Made by a program: the position numbers and the translations under genes. This document shows, piece after piece, positions 20,955 through 31,668 of a DNA stretch of 64,000 nucleotides. The stretch lies in contig CAVVML010000016.1 of NCBI GenBank assembly GCA_963749265.1, positions 73,000 through 136,999 on the forward strand, written 5' to 3'. Positions within the stretch are counted from its first letter, which is position 1; each line of letters starts with the position of its first letter. The notes beneath the pieces are model-generated. The model was not told where the DNA came from. It did no database searches and worked only from the letters and a program-made list of their open reading frames with translations. The stretch is from an uncultured Acidobacteriota bacterium. Its GTDB lineage: Bacteria; Acidobacteriota; Thermoanaerobaculia; UBA5066; Gp7-AA6.

Positions 20955-21904
20955 ATGATCACGCTTCTTCTTGCCGCGGCGCTCTCGACGGCTTCTCCGC
21001 GTCCGCCCCGGCGACGCTTTCCGGGGCCGCCGACGGCGCTCCGCGATTTGCCGTGAACGAAGTCGCGCCCGGCGTGTTCGCCGCGATCGCCGACCCCGAC
21101 GACCCGCGGGCCGGCGGGAACGGCGGGTTCGTGATCGGCGCGGAGGCCGTCCTGGTCGTCGACGCGTCGGGAAGTCCCGAAGGCGGCGGAACGGCTGCTC
21201 GCGGAGATCCGATCCCGAACGAAGCTCCCGGTGCGCTTCGCCGTCCTGACGCACTTCCACTCGGACCACATGGGCGGCGCCGCCGTGCTCGCGAAAGCCG
21301 GCGCGGCGGTCGTCGCCCACGAGAACGTCCGCGCGTGGGCGCGGCGCGAGTGGCAGCCGGGCCTCGACGACGCCGCGCGGGCGCGGTACGCCGGCCTGCG
21401 CCTGCCGGACGTGACGTTCCGCGACCGCGTGTCGATCGACCTCGGCGGCCGTACGGTCGAAGTCGTTCCACGGCCGGGTCACACCGGCAGCGACTCGATC
21501 GTCACGGTTCCCGATGCCCGGGTCCTCTTCGGGGGGGATCTCGTGCAGAGGCGGGCGATCCCCGGACTCACCTTCGCCGACACCGAAGCCTGGGTCGCGA
21601 CACTGGACGAGCTCCTGCGCGACTATCCCGACTGGACGTTCGTCCCGGGCCACGGCTCCGTCGCGCAAGGCCCTGGACGTCCGCGGCTCTTCCGCGACTA
21701 CCTGACGGGACTGCGCCTCGCGGTCTCGCGCGCGCTCCAGGAGGGGCAGAGCGGGCGCGGTGCTGCTCGAGACGGTCCGCGAAGCAGCTCGCCGCGGCGC
21801 TACGGAACGTGGGCCGGGTTCGACGCACGTCGACGCGCAACATCGCCGACGTCGAGAAGGAGCTCACGGGCACGAAGGCGTATCCGCCGGCGCCAACTCG
21901 CTGA
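20955..21904 (+). CDS. MBL-fold metallo-hydrolase with signal peptide (frame-interrupted)
   Basis: MITLLLAAALS.., FVIGAEAVLVVDAS, metal motif LTHFHSDHMGGAAV, PGHTGSDSIV, VPGHG. The pieces are in ORFs 20397..21056, 20906..21904 and 21231..22046. Confidence 0.7.
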
Positions 21905-22356
21905 TCGCCCGCCACTCGTCGCCAGGAAGAGGAGCTCGATTCCCGTCACGGTCTGTCCGGGCGCGACGGCGATCTCGACGAGCGCGGGGTCGCGCGGGTC
22001 CGCCGTGACGACGCCCTCGCCGTTCCAGATCAGCAGAAACCCGTAGCTGCCCGGAGCGCGGCAGGGAGAAGACGGAAGGTTCCGTCGCAGGCCGTCGGGA
22101 CCGGCGGCGCCCATGGGATCGCGGCGCCGCGCGGGATTCCGCGGACGCCGATCCCGGCCGCCGGGCCGTCCGTCGAGATCGCGCACGCGGCCTTCCACGA
22201 CGGCGCGGGGATTCGCTTCGATGCGACGCGTGGTCGCCGTGACTTTCGGCGCCGTCGCGCAGCGGTCGCGGCAACGGCCGCGCCGATGACTGTCAAGTCG
22301 TCGCGCACGGCCGCGGCGGTGATGAGCGGGACGATCGGCGCCACGCGGCGGGCCAC
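21800..22356 (-). CDS. Hypothetical protein with a carboxypeptidase-regulatory-like (CarboxypepD_reg) domain (frame-interrupted; both ends uncertain)
   Basis: Joining three frames gives VVEGRVRDLDGRP-AAGIGVRG..TACDGTFRLLPAA-PGSYGFLLIWNGEGVVTADPRDPALVEIAVAPGQTVTGIELLF. This fits the G.V.D..G.P..G..V..G.F.L..L.PG.Y pattern of that fold. Confidence 0.35.
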
Positions 22357-22381
22357 GAAATCACTATGTCATGATGCCCGC

Positions 22382-22837
22382 ATGGCCGAGAGCGAGCAGA
22401 TTCATCACTTCGATGCGAGCGCGCGCTGGACGGGCGACGGCGCCGGCTCGGGCGAGGTCCGCGTCTCCGACGGCGCGTTCGCCGTCCCGATCGCCGGCGC
22501 GACGAGCCTCGGCGGATCCGGCGGCAAGGCGAACCCGGAGGAGCTTCTGCTCGCCGCCGTCGGCGCCTGCTTCGCGAACACCTGGGCGATCTTCCTGAAG
22601 AAGCTCCAGGTGCCCTACGAGACGCCCGAGCTCTCCGTGACGGGCGAGCTCGGTCCGGATCCGGCCGGGGGCTTCCGGATGCAGAAGGCCGTCGTTCGCG
22701 TGCGCGTGCCGGCGGCTCTGCTCGCCGCGGACCGGGCGAAGGTCGAGAAGACGCTCGCGCTCGCCGAGAAGTACTGCATCATCTCGAAGGTCGCGCGCGC
22801 GGCGATGCCGCTGTCCGTGGAGATCGTCGAAAGCTAG
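22382..22837 (+). CDS. OsmC/Ohr family peroxiredoxin-like protein
   Basis: Intact: MAESEQIHHFDASARWTGDG..GKANPEELLLAAVGACFANTW..AEKYCIISKV. Both conserved Cys are in the typical OsmC context. Confidence 0.85.
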   Translation: MAESEQIHHFDASARWTGDGAGSGEVRVSDGAFAVPIAGATSLGGSGGKANPEELLLAAVGACFANTWAIFLKKLQVPYETPELSVTGELGPDPAGGFRMQKAVVRVRVPAALLAADRAKVEKTLALAEKYCIISKVARAAMPLSVEIVES

Positions 22838-22840
22838 GCG

Positions 22841-23368
22841 TCAACCGTTCGCACCGTTCCGCGGACGGAGCCGCACGAGGGTCGCTCCGAAGCTTCCGCG
22901 ATCGGGCGTCGCGTCGGAGAACTCCACGACGTCGGCGCGCGAGGCGAGCATCCTCCGGATCTCGGCGCGGCGCGCGCCCGTGCCCTTTCCGTGGATCAGC
23001 CGGACTTCGGTCAAGCCCTTTCTCCCGCGCCGCGTCGAGGTAGTCGGCGGCCGCCGCCACGACGTCCCGGGGATGAAAGGCGTGGAGGTCGAAGCTATCT
23101 TCGACCGGGAGACGCTTCAAAGCGCTCCGTCGTCGCGTGCTCGATCGCCGCTCCGGCGACCGCGACCTCGGCGCCGCAGACGCACGCGGTCCGGAAGCCC
23201 CCGTCCGGACCGACACTCGGCGCGCGGGACCTCCATGCGTCGGCCGTCGTTGACGGTGCGGTCGGTCGACCAGCGGCGAAGCGAGCCGGTGAGCCGGTCC
23301 GGAGCCTCGGCGAACTGGATCGTCACCTGGCAGCCGCACGCGGCGCAGGTTCCCCAGAAGTAGTTCAT
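22841..23368 (-). CDS. Smr (MutS2-related) domain protein with an N-terminal Cys-rich, Zn-ribbon-like segment (frame-interrupted)
   Basis: MNYFWGTCAACGCQV.. at 23368, where the ATG overlaps the upstream stop as ATGA. Later PVEDSFDLHAFHPRDVVAAAADYLDAAREKGLTEVRLIHGKGTGARRAEIRRMLA..VEFS, ending PRNGANG with a stop at 22841-22843. Confidence 0.65.
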
Positions 23369-24548
23369 GGATTCCTTTCTCCGGCCGGACCGCGGAGCTC
23401 GCGGTGGGCGCGCTTGCGCTCGTACATGACGCGGTCCGCCTGCGAGATCGCGACGTCGAGCGGGATCGCGCTTGGAATAGATGTGGACTCCGACCGAGGC
23501 GGCGAGGAACTTCATGTAGGGCTTGCCGGCCGAGCGCGACGACTGCTTGACCTCGTCGATCTTGGACGGCAGCATGTAGAACCGCCTCCGCGCGAGGTCT
23601 TCGTCCATGCCGGGGAGCACGACGAGGAACTCGTCGCCGCCCCAGCGGATCACGTGGTCGTTGCCGCGGACGAGCTTCTTGATGGCGTTGGCCACCGTCC
23701 AGATCGCGCGGTCGCCTTCCTCGTGGCCCTCCGTGTCGTTGATGCGCTTCAGGCCGTCGACGTCGATCAGGACGATCGAGCCTCCCGTGTCGCTCGACTC
23801 GAGCTGGGGCCGGATCTCGTCGAGGAAGAACCGGTTGTGCGTGTCGGTCAGCGGATCGAGCGTCGCCTTGCGCTTGGAGCGGCGGGTGTCGTCGACCGTG
23901 CGCGCGTGGAGGGCCGCGAGGCGGCGCTCCGTGTCCTCCATGGCCCAGATGATCAGGCCGATGCCGAAGAGCATCTCGAGCAGGACGTCGAAGAAGCTGC
24001 TGTACGCGATCAGCGTGCTGCGCGATGCCCGGCGAGGCGGTCGAAGACACGACGACGGCCGCGAACTGGACGCCCGCCGTCAGCAGCGCCAGCAGTCCGG
24101 AGAACTGGCGGCCCAGGCCGGCGCGCGGGCTCTGAAAGATGAAGACCGCGATGAGCAGCCATCCGACGGCGAGGATGCCGACGTGGACCTGGTAGAAGCG
24201 GGCTTCGGACACGGCGATCCGGGCCACGAGGAGCGAGATGGGGAGGGCCGCGATCGCCGCCACGGCGAGGGGCTTCACGAGCGAGATTTCGCGGTCCATC
24301 CGGATCGCCGCGATGGAGAGGGCGACCAGGAAGAGCAGCTTGAAGTACAGGAGGGCTTCCCTCTCGAACCGGCACGCCGAGGCGGTCGAGGACGAGCCCG
24401 AGGTCATCGCGGCGAAGAGGAAGAGCCAGCCGACGCCGGCGGCGCCCAGCACCCGGTTGCCTTTGCCGCGGGAAAGATACAGAAATATGACGGCGAGGAG
24501 GCCCGCGCCGACCGCCTGGACGACGGGGCCTACGGACGAGAGTTCCAT
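23365..24548 (-). CDS. Membrane-bound diguanylate cyclase (GGDEF), one frame change
   Basis: The N-terminal roughly 170 aa is multi-TM (ORF 22779..24548). The GGDEF domain is in ORF 23117..23974: DPLTDTHNRFFLDE..VLIDVDGLKRINDTEGHEEGDRAI..RWGGDEFLVVLPG. Confidence 0.75.
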
Positions 24549-24615
24549 CTCAGGTCTTTGTCCAGTCGAAGGTTAGCAGGTTTGGCGACGGGCCGCTCCG
24601 GTCTCCCGAGGGGTC

Positions 24616-25916
24616 CTAGCGGACGTTGATCCGCGCGCCGAGTGCGCCGGAGCGTCTCCGGCGCGCCGTCGGCCCGGCAGGGCGGCCGCGGGGGCTTGCC
24701 CGTGCAGGCGAGCGGCATGCGTTCGAGCCCGTTCTGGCCCTTCAGAACGATGCCCCAGGGACGGCCGCCGGCGTCGAGCGGGAGGAGCAGCGCGTCGAAC
24801 GGAGGGGCCGCGCCGCCGAGGTCGATCGTGTAGACGCGCCGTTCCGACGCGGAGCCGGTAGGGCGGTTCGCCCTCGATGGCGATCGGCGTCGTCCGCCCG
24901 GCCGGATCCGCCCAGATGCCGACGAGATCCTCCGAAGCGAGCTCGTCCTCGGCGCCGAGGAAGACCTGCCGGCCGGCGCCTCGCCACGCGCCGGCGGGCG
25001 AGTAGGCGCGGTCCCACTGCGGGCCCAGACCCTCGACGCGGACCTCGTAGGGATCGATGCCGTCGCCGCCGAGGCGGATCGCGACCTGCGCCGTGCGCTC
25101 CCCGGCGCGCGCGCCCAGCGTCGCGGTTCCGCCGCCGACGGCGTAGGCGTCGACCGGCGCGACCAGCGTCCCGCCGGGCCCGGTGAAGCGGAGCGCGAAG
25201 ATCCCGCGGGCGCGATCGGTCTCGATGCGGAGCGTCGGCTCGCGCGCGCATGTCCGCGAGCCGAAAGCGGCGAGTAGAGCGTCTCGAGCGCCGTCCGCGA
25301 GTAGAGCGTCGCCGGGTACCACGAAGGGATCGGGACTCCGGCGACGTCGGCCGACGAGCGCGCGGCGTCGAAGTCGAGGCTGAACCCGGCGAAGGCGTAT
25401 GCCTCGCGCGTGCGCAGCGTGCCGGCGTCGACCTTCTGCGCCTTCTCGCGGATCCACGCGGCCGGGCGGCCGTCCCCCTCGCGGACCCAGGACGCGGTCC
25501 AGCCCGCAGGGCGCGGCGCAGTCGGGCAGCGCGCTGGCCGGACGGTCCGCGGATCGGCATCGGCGAGAGCTGGCCGTCGCGGTATCTCCAGATCGTCCGG
25601 CACTCCATCGCGTCGGTCGCGGCGACGACTTCGATCAGGGCGCCGGCGCTGCCCGAGCGGTCCCGACGTCAGCGTCACGGGCACGACCGATCCGGCCGGC
25701 GCCGGCTGCCTTCGCGTCGGCGAGCGCCCGGCCCGCGGCGTCGCGCACCTCGAGGCGCACGGAGCCGCGGGATGGAACCGCGGTCACGGTCTCGGAGGCG
25801 CCGTCTCCGTCGAGATCCGCGTTCAAGCTCGGCGCGATGCCTGAGGTCTGCGCGGCGTTCGCCGCGGCGAGCTCCGCGGCGAGCGTGAGGACCGCGGCGG
25901 CGGCGCGGGGAAACAC
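24616..25916 (-). CDS. Hypothetical secreted protein (frame-interrupted)
   Basis: Signal-like MFPRAAAAVLTLAAELAAANA, then an FG-GAP-like DLDGDGASETV. Coherent fragments are in ORFs 25635..25916, 24530..25684 and 24573..25457 (for example EPTLRIETDRARGIFALRFTGPGGTLVAPVDAYAVGGG). No family recognised. Confidence 0.45.
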
Positions 25917-25930
25917 TCGCGCGACGGGCG

Positions 25931-26149
25931 TCAGCCCTGAGCCTTGACCGCGGCCTCCGCCGCCTGGAAACCGATGCGGCTGTGCGTGCCGTCGCAGTAG
26001 GGCTTGTTCACCGAGGCGCCGCAGCGGCAGAGCGAAACGGCGCGTCCTTCTTCGATCCGGATCGGGTTGCCCTCCGGATCGGTGATCGTCGTCGGTCCGG
26101 TCACGCGATACGGACCGTTGGGAATCACTTTGATCGTCGACTCGGCCAT
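25931..26149 (-). CDS. CDGSH iron-sulfur domain protein
   Basis: Intact 72-aa ORF containing CRCGASVNKPYCDGTHS, the CDGSH-type 2Fe-2S signature. Confidence 0.85.
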   Translation of the reverse strand: MAESTIKVIPNGPYRVTGPTTITDPEGNPIRIEEGRAVSLCRCGASVNKPYCDGTHSRIGFQAAEAAVKAQG

Positions 26150-26248
26150 CGCGATTCCTCCTCGTCGAATTGCGTCGTCATTGTAGCGTCATCGCGCGTC
26201 CGCATCGGATTCGCGCGCGTGTTTCGTGTTACCCTTTGGCGAGTTCCG

Positions 26249-27289
26249 TTGCGCGCCTTCGAGAAAGCCCCGCCCGACGTCCAGGAGCTCCTGACCAAGC
26301 CCATCAAGGAACTCGGACTCAAGCTCGAAGGGTCTCCGATCGAGAGGCTCGTCCAGCGGCTCTACCACGAGCTCGAGCGCAAGGGCCTGCGCCGGTTCCG
26401 CCCGCTGGTGCTATCTCTCGGACGAGTGGGGCTGCCCGTCGGGCGAGCCGGTCATCGGCATCCCGTTCTACCTCGCCGACCCGAAGCTCGCCCGCCTCGA
26501 GAAGGAGATGAACGACCTCGAGGACGCGCGACGAGATCATGATGTACCTGCGCCACGAGGCCGGCCACGCCTTCAACTACGCCTACCGGCTGTACCGCAC
26601 GCCGGAGTGGCGCGACCTCTTCGGCCCGTTTCGGCGGGCGTATCGCGACGACTACCACCCGGTGCCGTTCTCGCGCCGCTTCGTCCGCCACATCGCCGGC
26701 TGGTACGCGCAGAAGCATCCGGACGAGGACTTCGCCGAGACCTTCGCCGTGTGGCTGACGCCGCGCTCGCAGTGGCGGCAAGCGCTACAAGGGATGGGGC
26801 GCGCTCGCGAAGCTGCGGTACGTCGACCGGATGGCGCGGCGGTTCCGCGACACCGAGCCGCTGCGCAAGCGCGGCCAGACCGACGTCACGGTGGAGGAGA
26901 TGGAGACGACCGTCGAGCAGTTCTACGAGCAGGCGCTCGCGGCGCAGAGCCAGTCGATCGACCTGCCGCTCGGCACCGACCTCGTCGACATCTTCAAGGT
27001 GTCCAAGCGGAAGAAGCAGGGCGCCCGCCCGGCCGTCGAGCTCCTGCGCGAGAACCGCAAGACGCTCGTCGACAAGGTGACCTACTGGACCGGCGTGCAG
27101 CGGCCGCTCGTGAAGAAGCTCGTCGAGTCGATCGAGAACCGCGTCGGCGAGCTCGACCTGCGCACGTCGGTGAAGGAGCAGAAGGAGAACCTGGCCGAGG
27201 TCAGCGTGTACGCCACGGCGCTCGCCATGAACTACCTGACGCGCGGCAAGTTCGTGCAGTCGATGACGCCTCAGGGCGTCCGCAAGTGA
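26249..27289 (+). CDS. Putative zinc-binding metallopeptidase (HExxH; Peptidase_Mx-like), frame-interrupted
   Basis: YLRHEAGHAFNYAYRLY, then ..HPDEDFAETFAVWLTP (ORF 26539..27309). The N-terminal part is in 25982..26542 and an intact C-terminal half is in 26831..27289. The start is tentatively the in-frame TTG at 26249. Confidence 0.65.
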
Positions 27290-27305
27290 CGGGAGGAGGA
27301 AAGGC

Positions 27306-28366
27306 ATGAGCCGGGAAAAACTCAAGATCGCCGTCCTCTACGACGTCTTCGAGGAAGAGCCCGAGCCCGCCGCCGCCCGAGAAGCCGGCGAAAGCGAAGC
27401 GACGGAAGGGAAAGGTCCCGCGCGGAAGAAGAAGGACATCCCGGACCGCGAGGAGATCTTCGACGCGCTCGTCAAGCTGGGCCACGAGCCGGTCTACCAG
27501 GTGCTCGACGGGCGCGACCAGACCCTCGTCGCGCATCGCCCGCTCCGAGGCCGACCTCGTCTTCAACCTGACGGAGTCCTACGCCGGCGACGACACGATG
27601 GACATGAACATCGCGGCGTTCCTGGACCTCCTCGGCAAGCCCTACACGGGCGCCGGGCCGCACGCCCTCTACCTCGCGCAGGACAAGGCGCTCGCCAAGA
27701 AGATCTTCGCGTTCCACCAGATCCGCACGCCGTTCTTCGCGACGTCGTACAAGGGGAAGCTCGACCACTCGCACGACATCGCCTTCCCGCTGATCGTGAA
27801 GCCCTGCTCCGAGGACGGCTCGATCGGGATCGACATGGGCTCGGTCGTCGGATCGCGTCAAGGAGCTGATGGAGCGGATCCACTACATCCACGAGGAGTT
27901 CGACTCGCCGGCGCTCATCGAGGAGTACATCGAGGGCCGCGAGATGTACGCCGCGGTGCTCGGCAACGACAGCCCGGAGGTGCTGCCGCTGATCGAGCTC
28001 GACCTCTCGAAGCTGCCCGAGGGCACGCCGAAGATCGCGGGCAAAGAGGTGAAGTGGGAGAAGGACACGGAGCACTACCGCGTGACCAAGTCCGCGCCGG
28101 CCGAGGACCTCGACGAGGACACGACCCAGCGGCTCTCCGAGACGGCGCTCGCCGCCTACCAGGCGCTCAAGCTGCGCGACTACGGCCGCATCGACATGCG
28201 TCTGACGCCGAAGGGCGAGGTCTACGTCATCGAGGCCAATCCGAACCCCTGGCTCGCCTCCGGCGCGGAGTTCCACATGGCCGCGCGCAAGGCCGGCCGG
28301 ACCTACTCGCAGCTCATCTCCGAGATCGTCGATCTCGCGAAGGCGCGATATGCTGCGGCGTCGTGA
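27306..28366 (+). CDS. D-alanine--D-alanine ligase family ATP-grasp protein (frame-interrupted)
   Basis: KIAVLYDV.. with an acidic/basic insert. FNLTESYAGDDTMDMNIAAFLDLLGKPYTGAGPHALYLAQDKALAKKIF, FPLIVKPCSEDGSIGI, IEEYIEGREMY, YGRIDMRLTPKGEVYVIEANPNP. The pieces are in ORFs 27306..27869, 27598..28755 and 27869..28366. Confidence 0.75.
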
Positions 28367-28383
28367 GCCGGCGGAGGAAACCG

Positions 28384-28952
28384 ATGAAGAGAGTGGCACT
28401 GGCCCTGTGCGTTCTGGCCCTCGCCGTTGCTCCGACGGCCTTCGCCGCCGACGTCGCCGGCGTGAAGCTGCCCGACACGTCGACGGTGGACGGGAAGACC
28501 CTCAAGCTGAACGGCGCCGGCGTGCGCAAGAAGGTGATCGTTCAAGGTCTACGTCGCGCGGCCTCTACGTCGAGACGCCATCGAAGGACGCTTCGACGCT
28601 GCTCTCCTCGACCCAGATCAAGAGCATGCGCCTGCACATGCTGCGCGACGTCAAGGGCTCGAAGGTCAGCGGCGCGATCGCCGACGGCTTCCAGCGCAAC
28701 TCCAAGGCCGCCATGCCCCAGCTCCAGCCCCGGCTCGACCAGCTCGCGAAGATGATCCCGGACGTCTAGGAGGGAGACACAGATCGTGCTCACCTGGATT
28801 CCCGACAAGGGAACGTCAGGTCATCGTTCGCGGGACGACCGCCGGCACGATCGAGGGGCGGGACTTCGCGGACGCGCTCTTCGCCGTGTGGCTCGGCCCG
28901 AACCCGGTCCAGGACGGACCTGAAGCTCGCGCTTCTCGGAATGTCTTCCTAG
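28384..28952 (+). CDS. Chalcone-isomerase-like family protein with signal peptide (frame-interrupted)
   Basis: MKRVALALCVLALAVAPTAFAADVAGVKLPDT..GKTLKLNGAGVRKKV.., KVYVAGLYVETPSKDA, then ..FADALFAVWLGPNPVQD and LKLALLGMSS with a stop at 28950-28952. Confidence 0.6.
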
Positions 28953-30252
28953 GAGGCGCTTCGAGTCTTCAGGAAGCCGGAGCCCTCGCGGGCGTCCGCC
29001 ACTTCCGCGTCCAGCGGTCGAACCGACGCCCACGAACATCAGCTTCGTCCAGAACCACATCGCGGGAGAGACGCGCTCGACGCCTCCGGCGAGCGTCGTG
29101 ACCACGGCCGCGCGGATGCCCTCCGGCGGAGTCGGGCGTCGTGAAGGCCTCGAAGAAGACGGGGTCGTAGAAGTTGTAGACGAACTTCCGGAAACGGGCG
29201 TACATGCGGTTGGCCTGCCTCTCGTAGGCCGAGAAGTCGCGCGCGTCGACGCGGCCGCGGCGGGTGAGCGCGCGGTCGATCGCGCGGGCCGCCCGCTCTC
29301 CCGTGGCCATCGCGAGGAAGACGCCGGTCGAGAAGACCGGATCGAGAAACGTCGCCGCGTCGCCGACGAGCGCCCATCCGTCGCCGCCGAGCTTCGCCGA
29401 GCGCGCCGAGTAGTCGGAGACGCCGTGGACGCCCGAGACGCGGCGGGCGTCGCCGAGCAGGCGGATCACGCGCGGCGAACGGGCGAGCAGGGCGTCGTAC
29501 TTCGCCTCCGGCGAGACGCCCTCCGGCAGGCGGACCTCCGCCGGATCGAACACTCCGCCCACGCTGCAGGTGCCGTCGGAGAACGGGATGATCCAGTACC
29601 AGACGCCCTGGTCGATGGGCAGCAGGATGTCGCCGGGACGGCTGCCCGCGGGCCACACGATGTCCGCGTAGTGCGCGAAGAGGGCGGCGCGCTTGAGCTT
29701 CGGGTCGAACCGGCGCAGGCCCAGCTTGCGCGAGAGGATCGCGCCCTGGCCCGAGGCGTCGACGACGACGCGGGCGCGGATGTCTTCCGACGCGGCGCCC
29801 TTCGCCGTCGGGCGAGCGCGGACGCCCACGGCGCGGCCGCCCTCGAAGAGCACGTCCTCGACGGCCGTCTCTTCGCGGACCTCGGCGCCGCAGGACGCCG
29901 GCGTGGCGGAGCAGGAGGTCGTCGAACTCGGCGCGCTTGACCTGGTAGGCCATGGGGTGATTCGGGTCGCGCGCCTCGGCGAAGACCACCGGGCCGCGTC
30001 GTGCCGTTCGCCTCGTTCCAGAAGAACGCGCCGTACTTCGTCTGGTATCCGGCCGCGCGGATCTTCTCGTGCACGCCGAGCCGGTCGAAGATCGGAAGCG
30101 AGAAGGGCAGGAGCGACTCGCCGACGTGAAAGCGGGGGAACTTCTCCCGTTCGAGGACGAGCGACCGAGCGTCCGGCCCGGGACAGCGCGGTCGCGACGG
30201 TCGAGCCGCCCGGACCGCCGCCGATCACGACCGCGTCGTAGACTGAGGCCAC
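28949..30252 (-). CDS. FAD-dependent oxidoreductase (geranylgeranyl-reductase / flavin-halogenase-like fold), frame-interrupted
   Basis: GTG at 30252. Dinucleotide motif YDAVVIGGGPGGSTVATALSRAG, later VVDASGQGAILSRKLG, WALVGDAATFLDPVFSTGVFLAMATG (ORF 28969..30408 plus 29466..30074 and 28821..29105). Confidence 0.7.
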
Positions 30253-30268
30253 GGATGGGATTTTAACC

Positions 30269-31030
30269 GTGGCCGCTCCGGTGCTCGAGTTCGTCGGGGT
30301 CGGAAAGCGCTTCGCGCCGGGAGCTCCGGTGCTCGAAGGCTTCACGCTCGCCGTCGCGCCGGGAGAGACGGTCGCGCTCGTCGGGCCCTCGGGCAGCGGC
30401 AAGACCACCGCCCTGAAGCTCGCGAACCGCCTGCTCGACGCCGACTCGGGCGAGGTGCGCGTCTTCGGCGAGCCGGTGCGCGCGCCGGAGCCCGCGGCCC
30501 TGCGCCGCCGGATCGGCTACGTCATCCAGGAGGGCGGCCTCTTTCCGCACTGGACGGTGCGCGAGAACGTCGAGACGGTGCCGCGGCTGCTGGGCTGGCC
30601 GGAGGAGAAGCGCCGCGCCCGCGCCGACGAGCTTGCTCGAGACGGTCGGACTGCCGCCCGGGGAGTTCTCGGCGCGGCTGCCGCGCGAGCTCTCGGGCGG
30701 CCAGCGCCAGCGGGTCGGCGTGGCGCGCGCGCTCGCCGCGGACCCGCCGCTCGTGCTGATGGACGAGCCCTTCGGCGCGCTCGATCCGATCGCGCGCCGC
30801 GCGATCCAGCGCGAGTTCCTGGCGTGGAAGCGGTCGCTCTCGGCCGCGGTCCTGCTCGTGACGCACGACCTCGCGGAGGCCTTCCGCCTCGCCGACCGGA
30901 TCGCCGTCCTCCACCGCGGGCGCATCCGTCCAGGTCGGAACGCCGCGAAGACCTTCGCCGCCGCCCGGCCGACGCGTTCGTGCGGGAGTTCGTCCAGGAG
31001 TTCGTCGAGCCCGTCGAGACTGCGACGTGA
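30269..31030 (+). CDS. ABC transporter ATP-binding protein (osmoprotectant/glycine-betaine type), frame-interrupted
   Basis: Walker A GPSGSGKTT, signature LSGGQRQRVGVARAL, Walker B LVLMDEPFGALD, H-loop LLVTHD (ORFs 30269..31030 and 30633..31082). Confidence 0.8.
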   Translation: MAAPVLEFVGVGKRFAPGAPVLEGFTLAVAPGETVALVGPSGSGKTTALKLANRLLDADSGEVRVFGEPVRAPEPAALRRRIGYVIQEGGLFPHWTVRENVETVPRLLGWPEEKRRARADELARDGRTAARGVLGAAAARALGRPAPAGRRGARARRGPAARADGRALRRARSDRAPRDPARVPGVEAVALGRGPARDARPRGGLPPRRPDRRPPPRAHPSRSERREDLRRRPADAFVREFVQEFVEPVETAT

Positions 31031-31668
31031 GCGAGCTCGCGCGGTTCTTCTGGGAGCGCCGCGAGCGAGATCGCGGCCCTGACCGGGCAGCACGTCCTCC
31101 TCGTCGCCGCGTCGGCGGCGATCGCGGTCGCGATCGGCGTTCCCGCTCGGCGTCGCGCTGACCCGCCGGCCGAGGCTCGCCCGCCCGGTCCTCGGCGCCG
31201 CCAACGTCGTCCAGACGATCCCGAGCCTCGCGCTCTTCGGGTTCCTGATCCCGATTCCGCTGCTCGGCGGGATCGGGGCGCGGACCGCGATCGTCGCGCT
31301 CGTCGTCTACGGGATCCTGCCCATCCTGCAGAACACGCACGCCGGCATCCGCTCGGTCGATCCCGCCGTCGTCGAGGCGGCGACGGGCCTCGGCATGACC
31401 GATCGGCAGCGGCTGCTGCTGGGTCGAGCTTCCGCTGGCGTTTCCCGTCGTTCTCGCCGGCGTGCGCATCGCCGTCGTGGTCGGGATCGGCCTCGCCACG
31501 ATCGCCGCCGCGATCGGCGCCGGAGGGCTCGGCGTCCTGATCTACCGCGGCGTCGCGACGGTGGACCATCGACTGATCCTCGCGGGCGCGGTTCCGGCGG
31601 CGGTCCTCGCGCTGCTCGCCGACTTCCTCCTCGGGCGTCTCGAGAAGCGGCGGAGCCGCGCGGCATGA
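31027..31668 (+). CDS. ABC transporter permease (OpuCB-like), frame-interrupted
   Basis: The GTG at 31027 overlaps the upstream stop (GTGA). GAANVVQTIPSLALFGFLIP, and ORF 31462..31668 has RIAVVVGIGLATIAAAIGAGGLGVLIYRG. Confidence 0.75.

Noticed and set aside
28949-28952. Two convergent gene pairs whose stop codons overlap on the palindrome CTAG (28949-28952 and 41731-41734)
   Set aside because: This is a curious coincidence, but both depend on my frame reconstructions of the minus-strand 3' ends. Overlapping convergent stops are not unusual in compact GC-rich genomes, so I did not pursue it.
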